A DNA stretch of 64,000 nt, taken from assembly GCA_012840015.1 (NCBI GenBank), contig DUMF01000012.1:3807-67806 (forward strand), in the 5' to 3' direction. Each line of letters opens with the position of its first letter. Position 1 is the stretch's first letter. The notes below the pieces were generated by a model. It searched no databases, was not told the DNA's origin, and saw only the letters and a list, made by a program, of their open reading frames with translations. The position numbers and the translations under genes were made by a program. Positions 10,151 to 20,116 of the stretch are shown in pieces. This stretch comes from Bacillota bacterium (GTDB lineage: Bacteria; Bacillota; Sulfobacillia; DUMF01).

Positions 10151-10846
10151 TTACTTAAACAACGACACCCGGATCCCGTTCAGTATGCCCTGAACTTCAT
10201 CCAGGTGTGCGAACATCTTCGCTTTTGCCGCCTCGGGGTTACCTTCTCTAATGGCTTCAAATACTTGGCGGTGTTGGATCTTCGCCTTTTCCATCACTCC
10301 GGGCACTTTGGCCACTTCACTTTGAGCCTCCCATAGCAGGTCCTTGATTGAACCCAATATCTGAAGTAAGACACGGTTATGAGATGCCTTGGCGATACTC
10401 AGGTGAAAGCTCATATCATAGATAACGAACTTCTCGGGTGGGATTGGCTCCCCGTCTGACCCATTCAGTATATCCTCCAGCGTTTTGAGCTCCTCAGCTG
10501 ACGCTCTTTCAGCCGCCATACCTGCCGTTTCTACCTCGATCACTTTCCGAGCCTCAAACAACTCAGCAGCGCTTACCTCTTTGGACAGTAAACGCGGGTC
10601 CGTAAAGAAAGCCGAACTCTTTATGTCGATAAAGATACCGTCTTTCGTTCTCGCCACAAGCCCCATTGAGTGTAGAGCCTTGACAGCTTCTCTTACGGAA
10701 CTTCGCCCCACACCCAGTTTTTCTGCCAGCTCTCTCTCGGTAGGGAGCTTATCTCCTGGCTTGAGGGTCCCGTTGATGATCATGTTTTTGATCTCTTCGA
10801 CAATGTAATCACATAGAGTCAGGCGCTTTATGCTTCTGATTTCCAT
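10151..10846 (-). CDS. GntR-family (FadR/FCD subfamily) transcriptional regulator
   Basis: N-terminal winged HTH (GDKLPTERELAEKLGVGRSSVREA) followed by an all-helical FCD-type C-terminal domain. Confidence 0.85.
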   Translation of the reverse strand: MEIRSIKRLTLCDYIVEEIKNMIINGTLKPGDKLPTERELAEKLGVGRSSVREAVKALHSMGLVARTKDGIFIDIKSSAFFTDPRLLSKEVSAAELFEARKVIEVETAGMAAERASAEELKTLEDILNGSDGEPIPPEKFVIYDMSFHLSIAKASHNRVLLQILGSIKDLLWEAQSEVAKVPGVMEKAKIQHRQVFEAIREGNPEAAKAKMFAHLDEVQGILNGIRVSLFK

Positions 10847-11129
10847 GATCGCTTTCCTTTGCGTAAGCCAAAAGGTTCTACGCCGCCGTTTGACGATGGT
10901 CAGACCATTGAGGGCTAACGCATAATTATAATAGTATTGATATTGCTATAATGTCAAACTGAGTCACGTATAAGCTATTCCAGCGTAACCCTGCCTTTTC
11001 ACGAAGAAAGCGACCTAAAAGCATTATTTCCCGAAATATATTCGTTTATGGCAATCGCTGAATGAGCAGGGCCAGAACGGTCCACTCCATTCTGGCCCTT
11101 TGGTACTCGGCTTACGGTCGTAAAGAAGC

Positions 11130-12287
11130 CTAAATCGTCGGTCCGATCCGGTTGATGGCAAATTCGTGGTGGCCGAATATTTCCGATTTGGTAAGTTTAC
11201 CCGAGCAGACGGCAAGCAGCTCCTGGAAAAGACGTTCTCCCACTTCTTCTATGCTCTCTTCACCTGAAATCACTGTTTCGGCGCTGAAGTCGATGTTTTC
11301 ACCCATCCGAGCCAGGGTTTCCTTATTAGAGGCAACCTTGATCACAGGTGCTATCGGTGTGCCGGTGGCAGTCCCGCGCCCTGTGGTGAAGATCACTACG
11401 TTTGCGCCCCCCGCCACCATTCCCGTGATCTGCTCGATATCCTGACCCGGCGTGTCCATCATCACAAGGCCTCGCCTGCATGGAGAGCTCGCGTAAGGTA
11501 TAACCTCTTGCAGTGGTTTGGAGCCGGCCTTGTGGATGCACCCGAGCGACTTCTCTTCGATCGTGGTAAGACCTCCTTCGATGTTACCGGGCGAAGGCTG
11601 CGAACCCCTCATGTCAACTCCCATAGCGTTCGCCCCTTCTTCGGTTCGCCTAATGGCTTCCATCACGTCTCGTGCCACCTCGGGAGACGCCGCCCGGCGG
11701 GCCAGTAAGTGTTCTGCTCCGATCAACTCCGTCGTTTCGGCCAGGATCACCGTACCGCCTGCGTCTACCAGCTTATCGGAGACATACCCTAGAACGGGAT
11801 TCGCGCTGAGGCCAGAGCACGCGTCTGATCCCCCGCACTCGGTGCCCAGTAGAATCTCGGATATATCGCACTCCACCCTTTGTTCCATGGAGGCCCGCTG
11901 TACCAAATCAGCCGCCATGCGTGCTCCTGCCGCAATTGACCCGAGAGTGCCGCCATGTTCTTGCATTACCAGTGTGTTTACTGGTTTGCCGTTCTTCTTA
12001 ATTCGTGTACTCACGGTCTCAGGTAGAGCGCCTTCGCAACCAAGCCCAACTACGAGCACACCGTACACGTTGGGGTTACTTGCGTATCCCACCAGCGTCC
12101 GGATCGTTTGCTCAAGGTCCTTCCCCAGTTGAGCACAGCCATGTTGGTGTGTGAAGTAAACCGTCCCCTTGACGAGGTGGGAAATCGATTCAACCACCTG
12201 GTTGGCACACACAACCGTCGGTAAGATCAGCACATGGTTTCGAGTTCCCACCCGACCATCGGCTCGCCGGTATCCAAAGAATTTCAC
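11130..12287 (-). CDS. UxaA-family (altronate/galactarate dehydratase-like) hydro-lyase, large catalytic subunit
   Basis: Matches the UxaA C-terminal domain (…GLGCEG…, …ECGGSD…); 385 aa. The 4-nt overlap with the upstream SAF-domain ORF indicates a split two-gene UxaA. Confidence 0.8.
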   Translation of the reverse strand: MKFFGYRRADGRVGTRNHVLILPTVVCANQVVESISHLVKGTVYFTHQHGCAQLGKDLEQTIRTLVGYASNPNVYGVLVVGLGCEGALPETVSTRIKKNGKPVNTLVMQEHGGTLGSIAAGARMAADLVQRASMEQRVECDISEILLGTECGGSDACSGLSANPVLGYVSDKLVDAGGTVILAETTELIGAEHLLARRAASPEVARDVMEAIRRTEEGANAMGVDMRGSQPSPGNIEGGLTTIEEKSLGCIHKAGSKPLQEVIPYASSPCRRGLVMMDTPGQDIEQITGMVAGGANVVIFTTGRGTATGTPIAPVIKVASNKETLARMGENIDFSAETVISGEESIEEVGERLFQELLAVCSGKLTKSEIFGHHEFAINRIGPTI

Positions 12288-12595
12288 CTTTTATCGCCCC
12301 TTCCCCTCAGGCTGGCAACGTTGTGCGTATGAACATGCTGTCCCCGTTCAATGTGCTGCGTCGCCATACCTATCGTTTCGCCGTACTTGATCACGTGTTC
12401 GCCAGCTTGAATGCGGCGCAGGGCAAACTTGTGCCCGAAGGGTATATCGTCCAGCAACGATACCCTAATCTCGTCACCGCCTCTTCTATTCACGCTCACC
12501 AGAGTGCCAGCCTTTAAGGGGCGTAATGCTATCCCAACGTTGTCTTTCTGGTCGATCTGTAATGCTTCCCGTACCATCCGGTTCCCTCCCACCAA
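12284..12595 (-). CDS. UxaA-family dehydratase small subunit (SAF domain)
   Basis: 103-aa SAF-domain protein (DNVGIALRPLKAG…) translationally coupled to the large subunit. Confidence 0.75.
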   Translation of the reverse strand: MVGGNRMVREALQIDQKDNVGIALRPLKAGTLVSVNRRGGDEIRVSLLDDIPFGHKFALRRIQAGEHVIKYGETIGMATQHIERGQHVHTHNVASLRGRGDKR

Positions 12596-12608
12596 TGCCT
12601 GAGCTGCT

Positions 12609-13766
12609 TTAATCTACCCGGTACTCTCTTATGCGAGCGAGTGTCATTGCCAGTAAGGCTACCCGCCCAGGGATTGTATCCACGAGAAGGTACTCTTCTT
12701 CTGAATGAAGATTTCCGCCAACGGGCGCCATTGAATCAACCATTGGCAAAGCCAGCGGAGCAATGAGGTTACAGTCCGCTGCCCCACCGCCTATAGACTT
12801 GCTCAAATCTAGGCCGAGCTCTTCCCCTATTCCTTGTATGAATCGTTTAAGGCTTTCGCTTTTCTCGTTTTGCTCCCAGGCAGGATGCGTTATGCCACCT
12901 TTCCATGTCACCTTTGTACCGGGTATTGTGGGTGCAGCTTCAAGTACTCGGCGAACGGCTTCTTCTAGCCGATCTCCGGCCGTCTTGAAATGAGTCTGAA
13001 CTTCCGCCCATGCGGAGCCCGCTACGAGGTTGATCCACCGCCCCCCGCCAATCCTGCCTACGTTTACTACATCTCCTCTCTTCAAATCGGTCAACTCGTG
13101 AAGGGCACAACTGCGGAAGGCAAGCTCTACGATGGCGTTGGCCCCATCTTGAGGGTTAGTACCAGCGTGTGCCTCTATCCCCTCTACTGCGATGTAGTAT
13201 TGGCCCGCGCCTGAACGACTTGTCACTAACCCCTCTGGCCGTCCTGGTTCTACGCTCAAAACGATATCGCTGTTGCGTGCTTCTCGAAGGATCACTTCGC
13301 GCGAGCTCGTAGAATTGGCTTCTTCATCCGTAGCCAGCACTATAACGATCGAAGGCAGGCTCTCTAGCAAACGCGACTCGGCCAGCGCTCTTAAAGCGTA
13401 GATCAGGCCCACAAGCCCCGACCGATCATCCGCCACTCCGGGCCCTCGTGCAAGGTTGCCCTCCACCTTAAACGGGCGCTTGGCCGCTGTGCCAACCGGG
13501 TGAACGGTATCCAAATGACCCAGTATGAGCACTCGTGGCTTGTCCTTATTTTGATTTCGGGCGACGATCTGGTCGCCATAGGATTCCCTCTCGACCTTTT
13601 CCACCTTGAACCCGAGGCGGCTGAGATGGTCACTCATGATGCTACCTACTGTATCCAAGCCTCGCTTGAAATCTGGGGGGGAATCGATGTTAACGAGTTG
13701 CTCGAGGTCTGTCAGGGCCTCATTGAGGTGTGCCTCCGCCCATGCGAGAATGGACTCAACCGGCAA
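12609..13766 (-). CDS. M20-family metallopeptidase / amidohydrolase (ArgE/DapE/carboxypeptidase G2-like)
   Basis: HLDTV…GxxDDRSG metal-binding motifs of peptidase family M20. Confidence 0.8.
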   Translation of the reverse strand: MPVESILAWAEAHLNEALTDLEQLVNIDSPPDFKRGLDTVGSIMSDHLSRLGFKVEKVERESYGDQIVARNQNKDKPRVLILGHLDTVHPVGTAAKRPFKVEGNLARGPGVADDRSGLVGLIYALRALAESRLLESLPSIVIVLATDEEANSTSSREVILREARNSDIVLSVEPGRPEGLVTSRSGAGQYYIAVEGIEAHAGTNPQDGANAIVELAFRSCALHELTDLKRGDVVNVGRIGGGRWINLVAGSAWAEVQTHFKTAGDRLEEAVRRVLEAAPTIPGTKVTWKGGITHPAWEQNEKSESLKRFIQGIGEELGLDLSKSIGGGAADCNLIAPLALPMVDSMAPVGGNLHSEEEYLLVDTIPGRVALLAMTLARIREYRVD

Positions 13767-13856
13767 GTGATCTCCTCCTTATGCACCCATATCTATGAAC
13801 CAAAAGTATAATACCGCATTTCGATGTACAAGAGATCTCGCAGTAGTTTCAGGCGG

Positions 13857-14684
13857 TCAATAAAGTACGATGGCTCGGTTCTCCGCTACAGTTTCCGCCT
13901 TAATCGTTCTCCCCGTTTTATCAGTCACTAGGCGGTGTATGCGGTTGCAGCGAAGTTTCATGCCGTTCTCCTCGATGAAGCGATGGTCCGTTTCGATAAC
14001 CTGAACGCGGAAATCCGGTTCCTTATCGGCGTAAACTTCGAGGACCAGTTGCGTTTCAGTTACCGAAAGCCTGAACAGGAATGTAATCGAGTGGGGATTC
14101 CTGAACTGAAGATCCACGTAGTTGTAGAAGACAGTAGCGCCTGTGCCGAAAGGCTGGGTGCGATGGCTGTCAGGGAAGAAATCATAGCTATGGCGGTGTC
14201 GCTCTACGATATCCATGTTAAGATGCAAAGCCGCCCAGTATAACATGTTGGAAAGTTGGCACAGTCCTCCACCGATGCCACTGGACACCTTGCCATTCCT
14301 GAACTCGATACCCTCGAGGTAACCCTTCCGCTTGCTCGTCGGGCCCACCAGGTACCAGAATGAGAACACCTTCCCCGGTCTGAGCACGAGGCCATCCAGC
14401 TTGGCACAAGCCAACTTGAGGTTCGTGATCTTGTTGTACTGCAGGTAGTACTGGGCACCTTTAAGGTCCCTAATGAGCGGAGTAGAATGGTCGAACACAA
14501 GAAATGGAAAGCTGACCCTGACATCTGAGACCGGCATTTGGCCGCAGAAATCACGCGCGAAGCTCCGAGCAGTGCTCAACCAGCGTAGCCACCTCCCGAG
14601 CCTCAAGATGGCCACTTTCGCAAGAAAGACGATCTCGTGCTCGCCTTTTTCCGGGTAGGCGTAAAGAGGCATTTCGCTCCTCAC
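13857..14684 (-). CDS. VanW-family protein
   Basis: Conserved VanW core (…GGGLCQ…YNYVDLQFRN…). Confidence 0.7.
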   Translation of the reverse strand: MRSEMPLYAYPEKGEHEIVFLAKVAILRLGRWLRWLSTARSFARDFCGQMPVSDVRVSFPFLVFDHSTPLIRDLKGAQYYLQYNKITNLKLACAKLDGLVLRPGKVFSFWYLVGPTSKRKGYLEGIEFRNGKVSSGIGGGLCQLSNMLYWAALHLNMDIVERHRHSYDFFPDSHRTQPFGTGATVFYNYVDLQFRNPHSITFLFRLSVTETQLVLEVYADKEPDFRVQVIETDHRFIEENGMKLRCNRIHRLVTDKTGRTIKAETVAENRAIVLY

Positions 14685-15339
14685 CTACACAACTCGGCAC
14701 TTTCTTCAGAGCCTCAGGTTCACCTTAGTTTGACGAGCGGGAACCCGCCCGGTTCCACTCTACAGGCGTTTCTCCCCAAGGATCTTCTGTAAGGGGGCGA
14801 TGCCTTGAATCGTGTTCCTCGTCGCAAAATAGGTGCCGAGAAGCGTCCAGCTATTCCGAGTCTTTCCTGCCGCTCCTGTTGACCAAGGGCAGACTCTTCG
14901 CGTGTGGCATTGCTGCACTTTTTGTCCTAGGCTCGCCCTGGCACTCGCGAAAACCAGGTCTTTCATACCGCTGAAGTAGCAGAAGACCCCCTCCTTGTCG
15001 ACGAACGTCATCTACACAGAAGGCGTTCATGATTCATTCCACCTGTTTGCCAGTGAGGGTACCCGTGTACAGTTTCAGAACGCGTCCCCGGCCTCCGGTT
15101 CCGTGGCTTCCCGGGCTCGAGATTCTCCGGTTAATTACCCGTAAGAGCCATAGGAAACGGTACAGCACGTTATTCTCTTTGTGCGTGCCCGTTGTGCCAG
15201 AAGTTCGGCTGGACTTTGTCTTAAGACACCAACTTAGGGGCCGGAGTAGCTTGCATGTTGGCTGTATGCATAATATTGTTCAAATTGCGATGCATAGCAT
15301 GGTGCAAAGAATGAGACAAGTGGCAACTCAAGTAGTAGC

Positions 15340-15489
15340 TTGACTCATGCAATTACGGTTAGAATTCCAAAGAGGGATTACGATCGTCTGAAAAAATATG
15401 CCACCCAGCATGGCAGTTCGCTCAGCGCTGTGGTTGCCGAAGCCGTTGCTGAGTATACAGCAAAGATCGAACGACAGTTGGCAATTTAG
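15340..15489 (+). CDS. ribbon-helix-helix (CopG/VapB-like) antitoxin-type small protein
   Basis: 49 codons from TTG: …ITVRIPKRDYDRLKKYATQHGSSLSAVVAEAVAEYTAKIERQLAI. A beta-strand then two helices, typical of RHH. No clear RBS. Below the 60-aa cutoff, so not in the ORF track. Confidence 0.4.
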   Translation: MTHAITVRIPKRDYDRLKKYATQHGSSLSAVVAEAVAEYTAKIERQLAI

Positions 15490-15688
15490 CGCTGTTATCG
15501 ATTTCCAACAGCACCTGAAGCAGCGTGGTGGCCACAGGGGTAATTCGGTGTTGCTCCTGCGAAGTATGAGAGAATCTCGGGCTGCGGGTCACACACTGGA
15601 AGACGCTGGCGATGTGGAGAAATCTAGCCGCAGATCCCCCACCGACTTAGATTGTGAGGACAAACCAGAGCTGCCTGAGTGATGACCC

Positions 15689-15784
15689 ATGACAGTGTGC
15701 TTGGATGCTAACGTTGGGCCAAAATTGTATAGCTCGCGCCTCTTGTCCGCTTTTTTGCCAAGTAGCACTTCGAAACAGCAGTGA
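15689..15784 (+). pseudogene. truncated PIN-domain (VapC-like) toxin remnant
   Basis: ATG…MTVCLDANVGPKLYSSRLLSAF… resembles the VapC N-terminus (xLDxNV motif). It stops after 31 codons. It lies ~200 bp downstream of the RHH gene instead of overlapping it. Confidence 0.35.
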
Positions 15785-15913
15785 GGGGTAAGCACAAACC
15801 ACGACCAGGTACCGAGCCTTTCGAATGCTCTTCCCATTTCGCGATATACTTGCTCCGCTTGTCGTATTTCCCCAAGGCGCTCGCCGTAGGGGGGGCATAG
15901 GACGTAACCGTAT

Positions 15914-16755
15914 TTAAACCTCGAACTGACCTTCCGCTACCGGCCTCAGCTGAAAGTGTAGACCCCCATTTACTTTGGCCCGCCGGGCGTGGTAACTCGC
16001 CAAGCGCAGCACCTCAGGTGAAATATCCGACCCTACGATCCCGTAGAGGACGTTCACAGGCCAGCTTTCTGCCTCTTCCCTGGCTCTCTTCCAGGCCTCC
16101 GCAGGAAAATCCGCGCATTTCTCTGCGGTAAAGTCACGCATAAGTCCGGGCGCTATATTCAGCCCGATAGGATAGGAATGGTTCCTGAACCACAAAATGG
16201 ATCCAGTAGCGCCCGTCCGCCGTCCAACCTCTCACGAGCAATATGCCGCCGCCAGGGTTTCCCTTAAAGGGGCTTGACTCGCTAGTGTCCTGTAGCCGCG
16301 CCGGTGAAGCCCTGAGCCGCTATTATCTATGGATAGAGTGGCCACATCTTTTAGCGGGTTCAACCTCACGGGATACTTGGCACCCGTCTCGTCGAACCAG
16401 TTCACGTGCTAAGTCCGCTTCAGGCTCTCCACGATTGCCTTCTTCACCATCGCCTGGCAATCTGTGAACGCTGCGAAGGGTAGAATCGACCGAAGTACCC
16501 TCTACAGGGAAAGCACCATTCACCGGGATCCAATCCGCCCAGGGCAAGCTCTTAGCCCCTTCCAAAAGCTCTTCAAAGGTGGTGGCCTTCTGCGCTGCGG
16601 AGCGAGAGATTTGTCCTACAGGTAGCCGCGTAGTCCCCAGAGAACTCCACCGTGCCATTATCCACCTTCAGGCCGTGGTACCCAAGCCTTCTCAATTCCT
16701 CAGCAACGACCGATTCCAAACCGAAGGCCGCCGTTACGATCAAGTTGAGCAGCAC
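15914..16755 (-). pseudogene. frameshifted THUMP-domain class I SAM-dependent RNA methyltransferase (YpsC/RlmL-like)
   Basis: Three consecutive minus-strand ORFs in different frames carry successive parts of one protein. 16573..16755 holds the THUMP N-terminus. 16323..16658 holds …FEELLEGAKSLPWADWIPVNGAFPV…. 15914..16195 holds the MTase core (…NIAPGL…GSDISPEVLRLASYHARRAKV…). At least two frameshifts. Confidence 0.55.
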
Positions 16756-16887
16756 GTATCCCTCTCCAACTCGCTTCAGATAACATACATACCCGTATCC
16801 GTCGGAGTCCTTCCTCTGCGATATCCCGTCATAATGAACGCGGGCTGTCCGTCAAAAGCAGGAAGTAAGCCCAGGCAGGTCCTGTCA

Positions 16888-17160
16888 TCACTGAACCAGG
16901 GCCTTTACCGCGACTATTAGGCCTAGGCCGGGTACCCCCAAGTACCCAGTTATCAATGCGGTTACGAGATTGACCGGGAAGTGAAAACCGAATACATTTC
17001 CGACCAGATTGATTGCCCACAACGCGAGAGCACCTACGATGGCTGTGTAACCTATCCGAAGTACCACTTTGATAGGGGAATATAGCACCCTTATTAGGAA
17101 AAAGAATAGGATAATGCCAGCACCGTATGCCAACAACGTCGTATAATCTGCCCAGGCCAT
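16888..17160 (-). CDS. bofA: pro-sigma-K processing inhibitor BofA
   Basis: 90-aa two-TM protein ending …VNLVTALITGYLGVPGLGLIVAVKALVQ, the BofA signature. Conserved position after yaaL. Confidence 0.8.
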   Translation of the reverse strand: MAWADYTTLLAYGAGIILFFFLIRVLYSPIKVVLRIGYTAIVGALALWAINLVGNVFGFHFPVNLVTALITGYLGVPGLGLIVAVKALVQ

Positions 17161-17246
17161 GCCGAGCCCTCCCTGGCTGATATATGTGGTTTGTCCTCCC
17201 CAAAACATATATATGCCGGCCAGCCAAGCCCATTCCTGGGGGCGCT

Positions 17247-17510
17247 TTATTGGTAAGCAGAAATGTTTTCTTGCCTAGCGAGTCTCAACAGGTATTCGTA
17301 CCTTCTTTTTGCCGCTTCTACCAGGAAGATTGCATGGTCAACAAGCTCAGGCTCTGATACTATTTTGAAATACGACTCGGCGGCAAGCCAATCACGTTTA
17401 GCTTCGTTCAAGGCATCAAGCAACTGGCACTGGCGTCTGCTGGTTGGCTCTGCCCGCCTGTATAACGAAGCAGGCCACGAAAACGGGATGTGCAAAGAGG
17501 ACCCCTCCAT
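17247..17510 (-). CDS. yaaL: YaaL-family protein (DUF2508)
   Basis: 87-aa protein in the conserved dnaX-ybaB-recR-yaaL-bofA block. Confidence 0.7.
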   Translation of the reverse strand: MEGSSLHIPFSWPASLYRRAEPTSRRQCQLLDALNEAKRDWLAAESYFKIVSEPELVDHAIFLVEAAKRRYEYLLRLARQENISAYQ

Positions 17511-17623
17511 TACATGAACTATATGACGTTAAAGCCAGCCCCGTGACTATTCTGCTCCTTGTTTCCAGGAATATACAGCCAACGGCGCCTTTTACGTCAT
17601 GGAAGGGTGCAGTGTGAGATGAG

Positions 17624-18223
17624 TTACATTTCTCTTCTACCTTCGAGGGCACGACTCAGGGTGATCTGATCGGCGAATTCGAGATCCCCTCCAACAGGTA
17701 CTCCATGAGCAATCCTGGTGACTTTTAGCCCAAGCGGTTTGAGCAGCTTGGCAACGTACATAGCGGTAGTCTCGCCTTCTACATCCGTGTTGGTCGCTAA
17801 GATCACCTCCGTCACATCCTTTCCCGCCTCGACCCTTTTAAGCAGTTCTTTGACTCGCAGGTCTTCGGGGCCGATGCCTTCCAGCGGCGATATCGCCCCA
17901 TGCAACACGTGGTACAGGCCCTTGTACTGGCCGGTTTTCTCCATGGCCACTACGTCCCGGGGTTGCTCCACAACGCATATTGTGCTTTTATCTCTGAAAG
18001 GATTTGAGCAGATTTCACAGGGATCAGTTTCGGACAAATTGAAGCAACTGGAGCAGTAAATTATCTTTTGCCGAGCTACAACCATTGATTCCGCAAGGTT
18101 CTTAACTTCGCTTTCCGGCAAAGTCACGATGTAATATGCGAGCCGCTGAGCCGTCTTTGGGCCGATGCCAGGCAGCTTCGTCAACCGCTCGATAAGCTTG
18201 AGCATGGAATCCGGATATAACAT
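17624..18223 (-). CDS. recR: recombination protein RecR
   Basis: Begins [31 protein letters not shown] (HhH). Has the C4 zinc finger [16 protein letters not shown] and a Toprim domain. Start set at the conserved Met, overlapping ybaB by 12 nt. Confidence 0.9.
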   Translation of the reverse strand: MLYPDSMLKLIERLTKLPGIGPKTAQRLAYYIVTLPESEVKNLAESMVVARQKIIYCSSCFNLSETDPCEICSNPFRDKSTICVVEQPRDVVAMEKTGQYKGLYHVLHGAISPLEGIGPEDLRVKELLKRVEAGKDVTEVILATNTDVEGETTAMYVAKLLKPLGLKVTRIAHGVPVGGDLEFADQITLSRALEGRREM

Positions 18224-18233
18224 ACTGGCCTCC

Positions 18234-18575
18234 TCATAACCCTGGAAGCGGCGGGATACCGACTCCACCGGTAACCCTCGACATTTCGGCGGCAGCATCA
18301 TCCCTGGCTTTGCGAATGGCCTGGTTTACAGCGGCTACGATCATGTCCTGAAGCATTTCTAAGTCGGATGGCTCCACCGCATCCGGCACAATCGTGATCG
18401 AAAGTAACTCATTCTGCCCGTTCACCACGGCCTTTACCGCTCCGCCTCCAGCCACTCCTTCGTACTGTCGAGCCGAGAGCTCCTCCTGGAGCTTCGTCAT
18501 GTCGCTCTGTAGCTTTTGCACCTGTTTCATCATCTTTCCCAAATCCACGCCGCCTAGGCCTCTCGGTCCTTTCAT
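18234..18575 (-). CDS. ybaB: nucleoid-associated protein YbaB/EbfC
   Basis: 113 aa; has the …[12 protein letters not shown]…[11 protein letters not shown]… signature of the YbaB family. Confidence 0.9.
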   Translation of the reverse strand: MKGPRGLGGVDLGKMMKQVQKLQSDMTKLQEELSARQYEGVAGGGAVKAVVNGQNELLSITIVPDAVEPSDLEMLQDMIVAAVNQAIRKARDDAAAEMSRVTGGVGIPPLPGL

Positions 18576-20116
18576 CCGTCATCTTCCTTTCTGACTTCCA
18601 AAATCTCTCCTCCAAGCATCTCCAACGATCTCTTCACAAACGGCTGTTCGAGAACGTCTTCGGTACCTTGTGCTCCCTTTTCCTCCCGTAGCTTCTCCGT
18701 CACCTCAATTTGGAGTGACAGAGCCTTTCCCATGACTTGCGCTATGGCCTTCTCGGCTTCCGCCTTGTTTTGAGCAATCTTCAACTGTTCCACATGGAAA
18801 GTGGACTCCGGCGAGAATGCCACGATGAAGTTGCCGCCATCAACGCCAAGCGGCTTTCCGGGAAGTAACAATGCACGAACACGCATTTGTTTGTTCTTGC
18901 GAAGGGTCTCCAGCACTCTTGGCCAGCACTCCTCTACTTTTACCTCCTCAGGAGTGCGTGCCACCGCTGATTCCACCTGTTTCGGTGTACGGGAAGCGCT
19001 GTGCAACGCAGTTTGTTTGGGTTTAAGGGCCTTATCGTCCATAGCAACCCGATCGAGCGCAGGCTCATCGCCGCCCGTAGTTTCAAGGCACGCTCTCGCT
19101 ACTGCTGCTTCCACCACCACTTTCGTCCTACTGAAATGCCTCATGACCGAGCTCGCTTCGTAAAGCACATCGAGCGCTCGAAGTATACGCTCCATTTCCC
19201 CTCTCAAGCCCTTACTGGACTCTAAACGTTCTCGCAGATTCTCCGCAAGGTCCTCCAAAAGGAGCCTGGGGTCGACGCCAGACCCCAGTATCCCCTTGAG
19301 CCTGTCAAGGCTGCCACCCATGTCTCCTTGAAGGATGTCGCTCGCAAGCTCATCGAGCTCGAGGCGAGAACCCATTCCGGTAATGTCACGTATCAGCTCT
19401 TCAGTGACCCTCGCCCCAGATGACGAGGCTTGATCTAACAAACCAAGGGCATCCCTGAGCGAGCCGTCCGACAACCGCGCTATAAGCCTTGCTGCGGCTT
19501 GATCAACCTGAATATCGTGCGAACTCGCTACTTCCATTATGCGCGAGGCTATTTGCTCCTCAGGGATCTTGAAAAAGTCAAACCTCTGGCACCTCGAAAC
19601 TACGGTAGGGGGAACTCTGTACACCTCCGTAGTAGCAAGGATGAATACTACATGGGAAGGAGGTTCTTCTAATGTCTTTAACAGCGCATTGAAGGCTTCC
19701 TTTGTTAACATGTGCACTTCGTCTACGATGTAGACCCGGTATTTACCGGTAGCGGGAGCAAAGCTCGACTCTTCTCGGAGTTCCCGAATCTCATTTATGC
19801 CCCTGTTTGAAGCAGCATCTATTTCCAGCACGTCCCCGGAAACGCCGGCCAGTATCTCTCGGCAAGAGCTGCATTGGTTACATGGCTCTCCATGGGAAGG
19901 ATTCGAACAGTTAAGAGCCCTGGCCAATATCCTCGCCACCGAGGTTTTCCCGGTGCCCCTCGGCCCTGCGAAGAGATAAGCGTGGGCGATACGACCCATC
20001 AGCACGCCGTTTCGGAGAGTACGTACTACGTGGGTCTGGCCAACCACATCTTGAAATCTCTGAGGCCTGGCTTCTCTATAGAGGGTCACATGGCGTTTCA
20101 AACGGTCTACCCCCAT
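18572..20116 (-). CDS. dnaX: DNA polymerase III subunits gamma/tau
   Basis: …YREARPQRFQDVVGQ…GPRGTGKTS… clamp-loader AAA+ motifs. Start is ambiguous: ATG at 20116, or GTG at 20089 giving VTLYRE. The upstream 19 codons of the track ORF are probably not translated. Confidence 0.85.
   Translation of the reverse strand: MGVDRLKRHVTLYREARPQRFQDVVGQTHVVRTLRNGVLMGRIAHAYLFAGPRGTGKTSVARILARALNCSNPSHGEPCNQCSSCREILAGVSGDVLEIDAASNRGINEIRELREESSFAPATGKYRVYIVDEVHMLTKEAFNALLKTLEEPPSHVVFILATTEVYRVPPTVVSRCQRFDFFKIPEEQIASRIMEVASSHDIQVDQAAARLIARLSDGSLRDALGLLDQASSSGARVTEELIRDITGMGSRLELDELASDILQGDMGGSLDRLKGILGSGVDPRLLLEDLAENLRERLESSKGLRGEMERILRALDVLYEASSVMRHFSRTKVVVEAAVARACLETTGGDEPALDRVAMDDKALKPKQTALHSASRTPKQVESAVARTPEEVKVEECWPRVLETLRKNKQMRVRALLLPGKPLGVDGGNFIVAFSPESTFHVEQLKIAQNKAEAEKAIAQVMGKALSLQIEVTEKLREEKGAQGTEDVLEQPFVKRSLEMLGGEILEVRKEDDG

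Noticed and set aside
11518-12132. 204-aa plus-strand ORF
   Set aside because: Antisense to the UxaA large subunit. Ser/Pro/Ala-rich spurious translation.
15029-15343. 104-aa plus-strand ORF in the decay zone
   Set aside because: No RBS, no similarity, Arg/Pro-rich. Treated as non-coding remnant.
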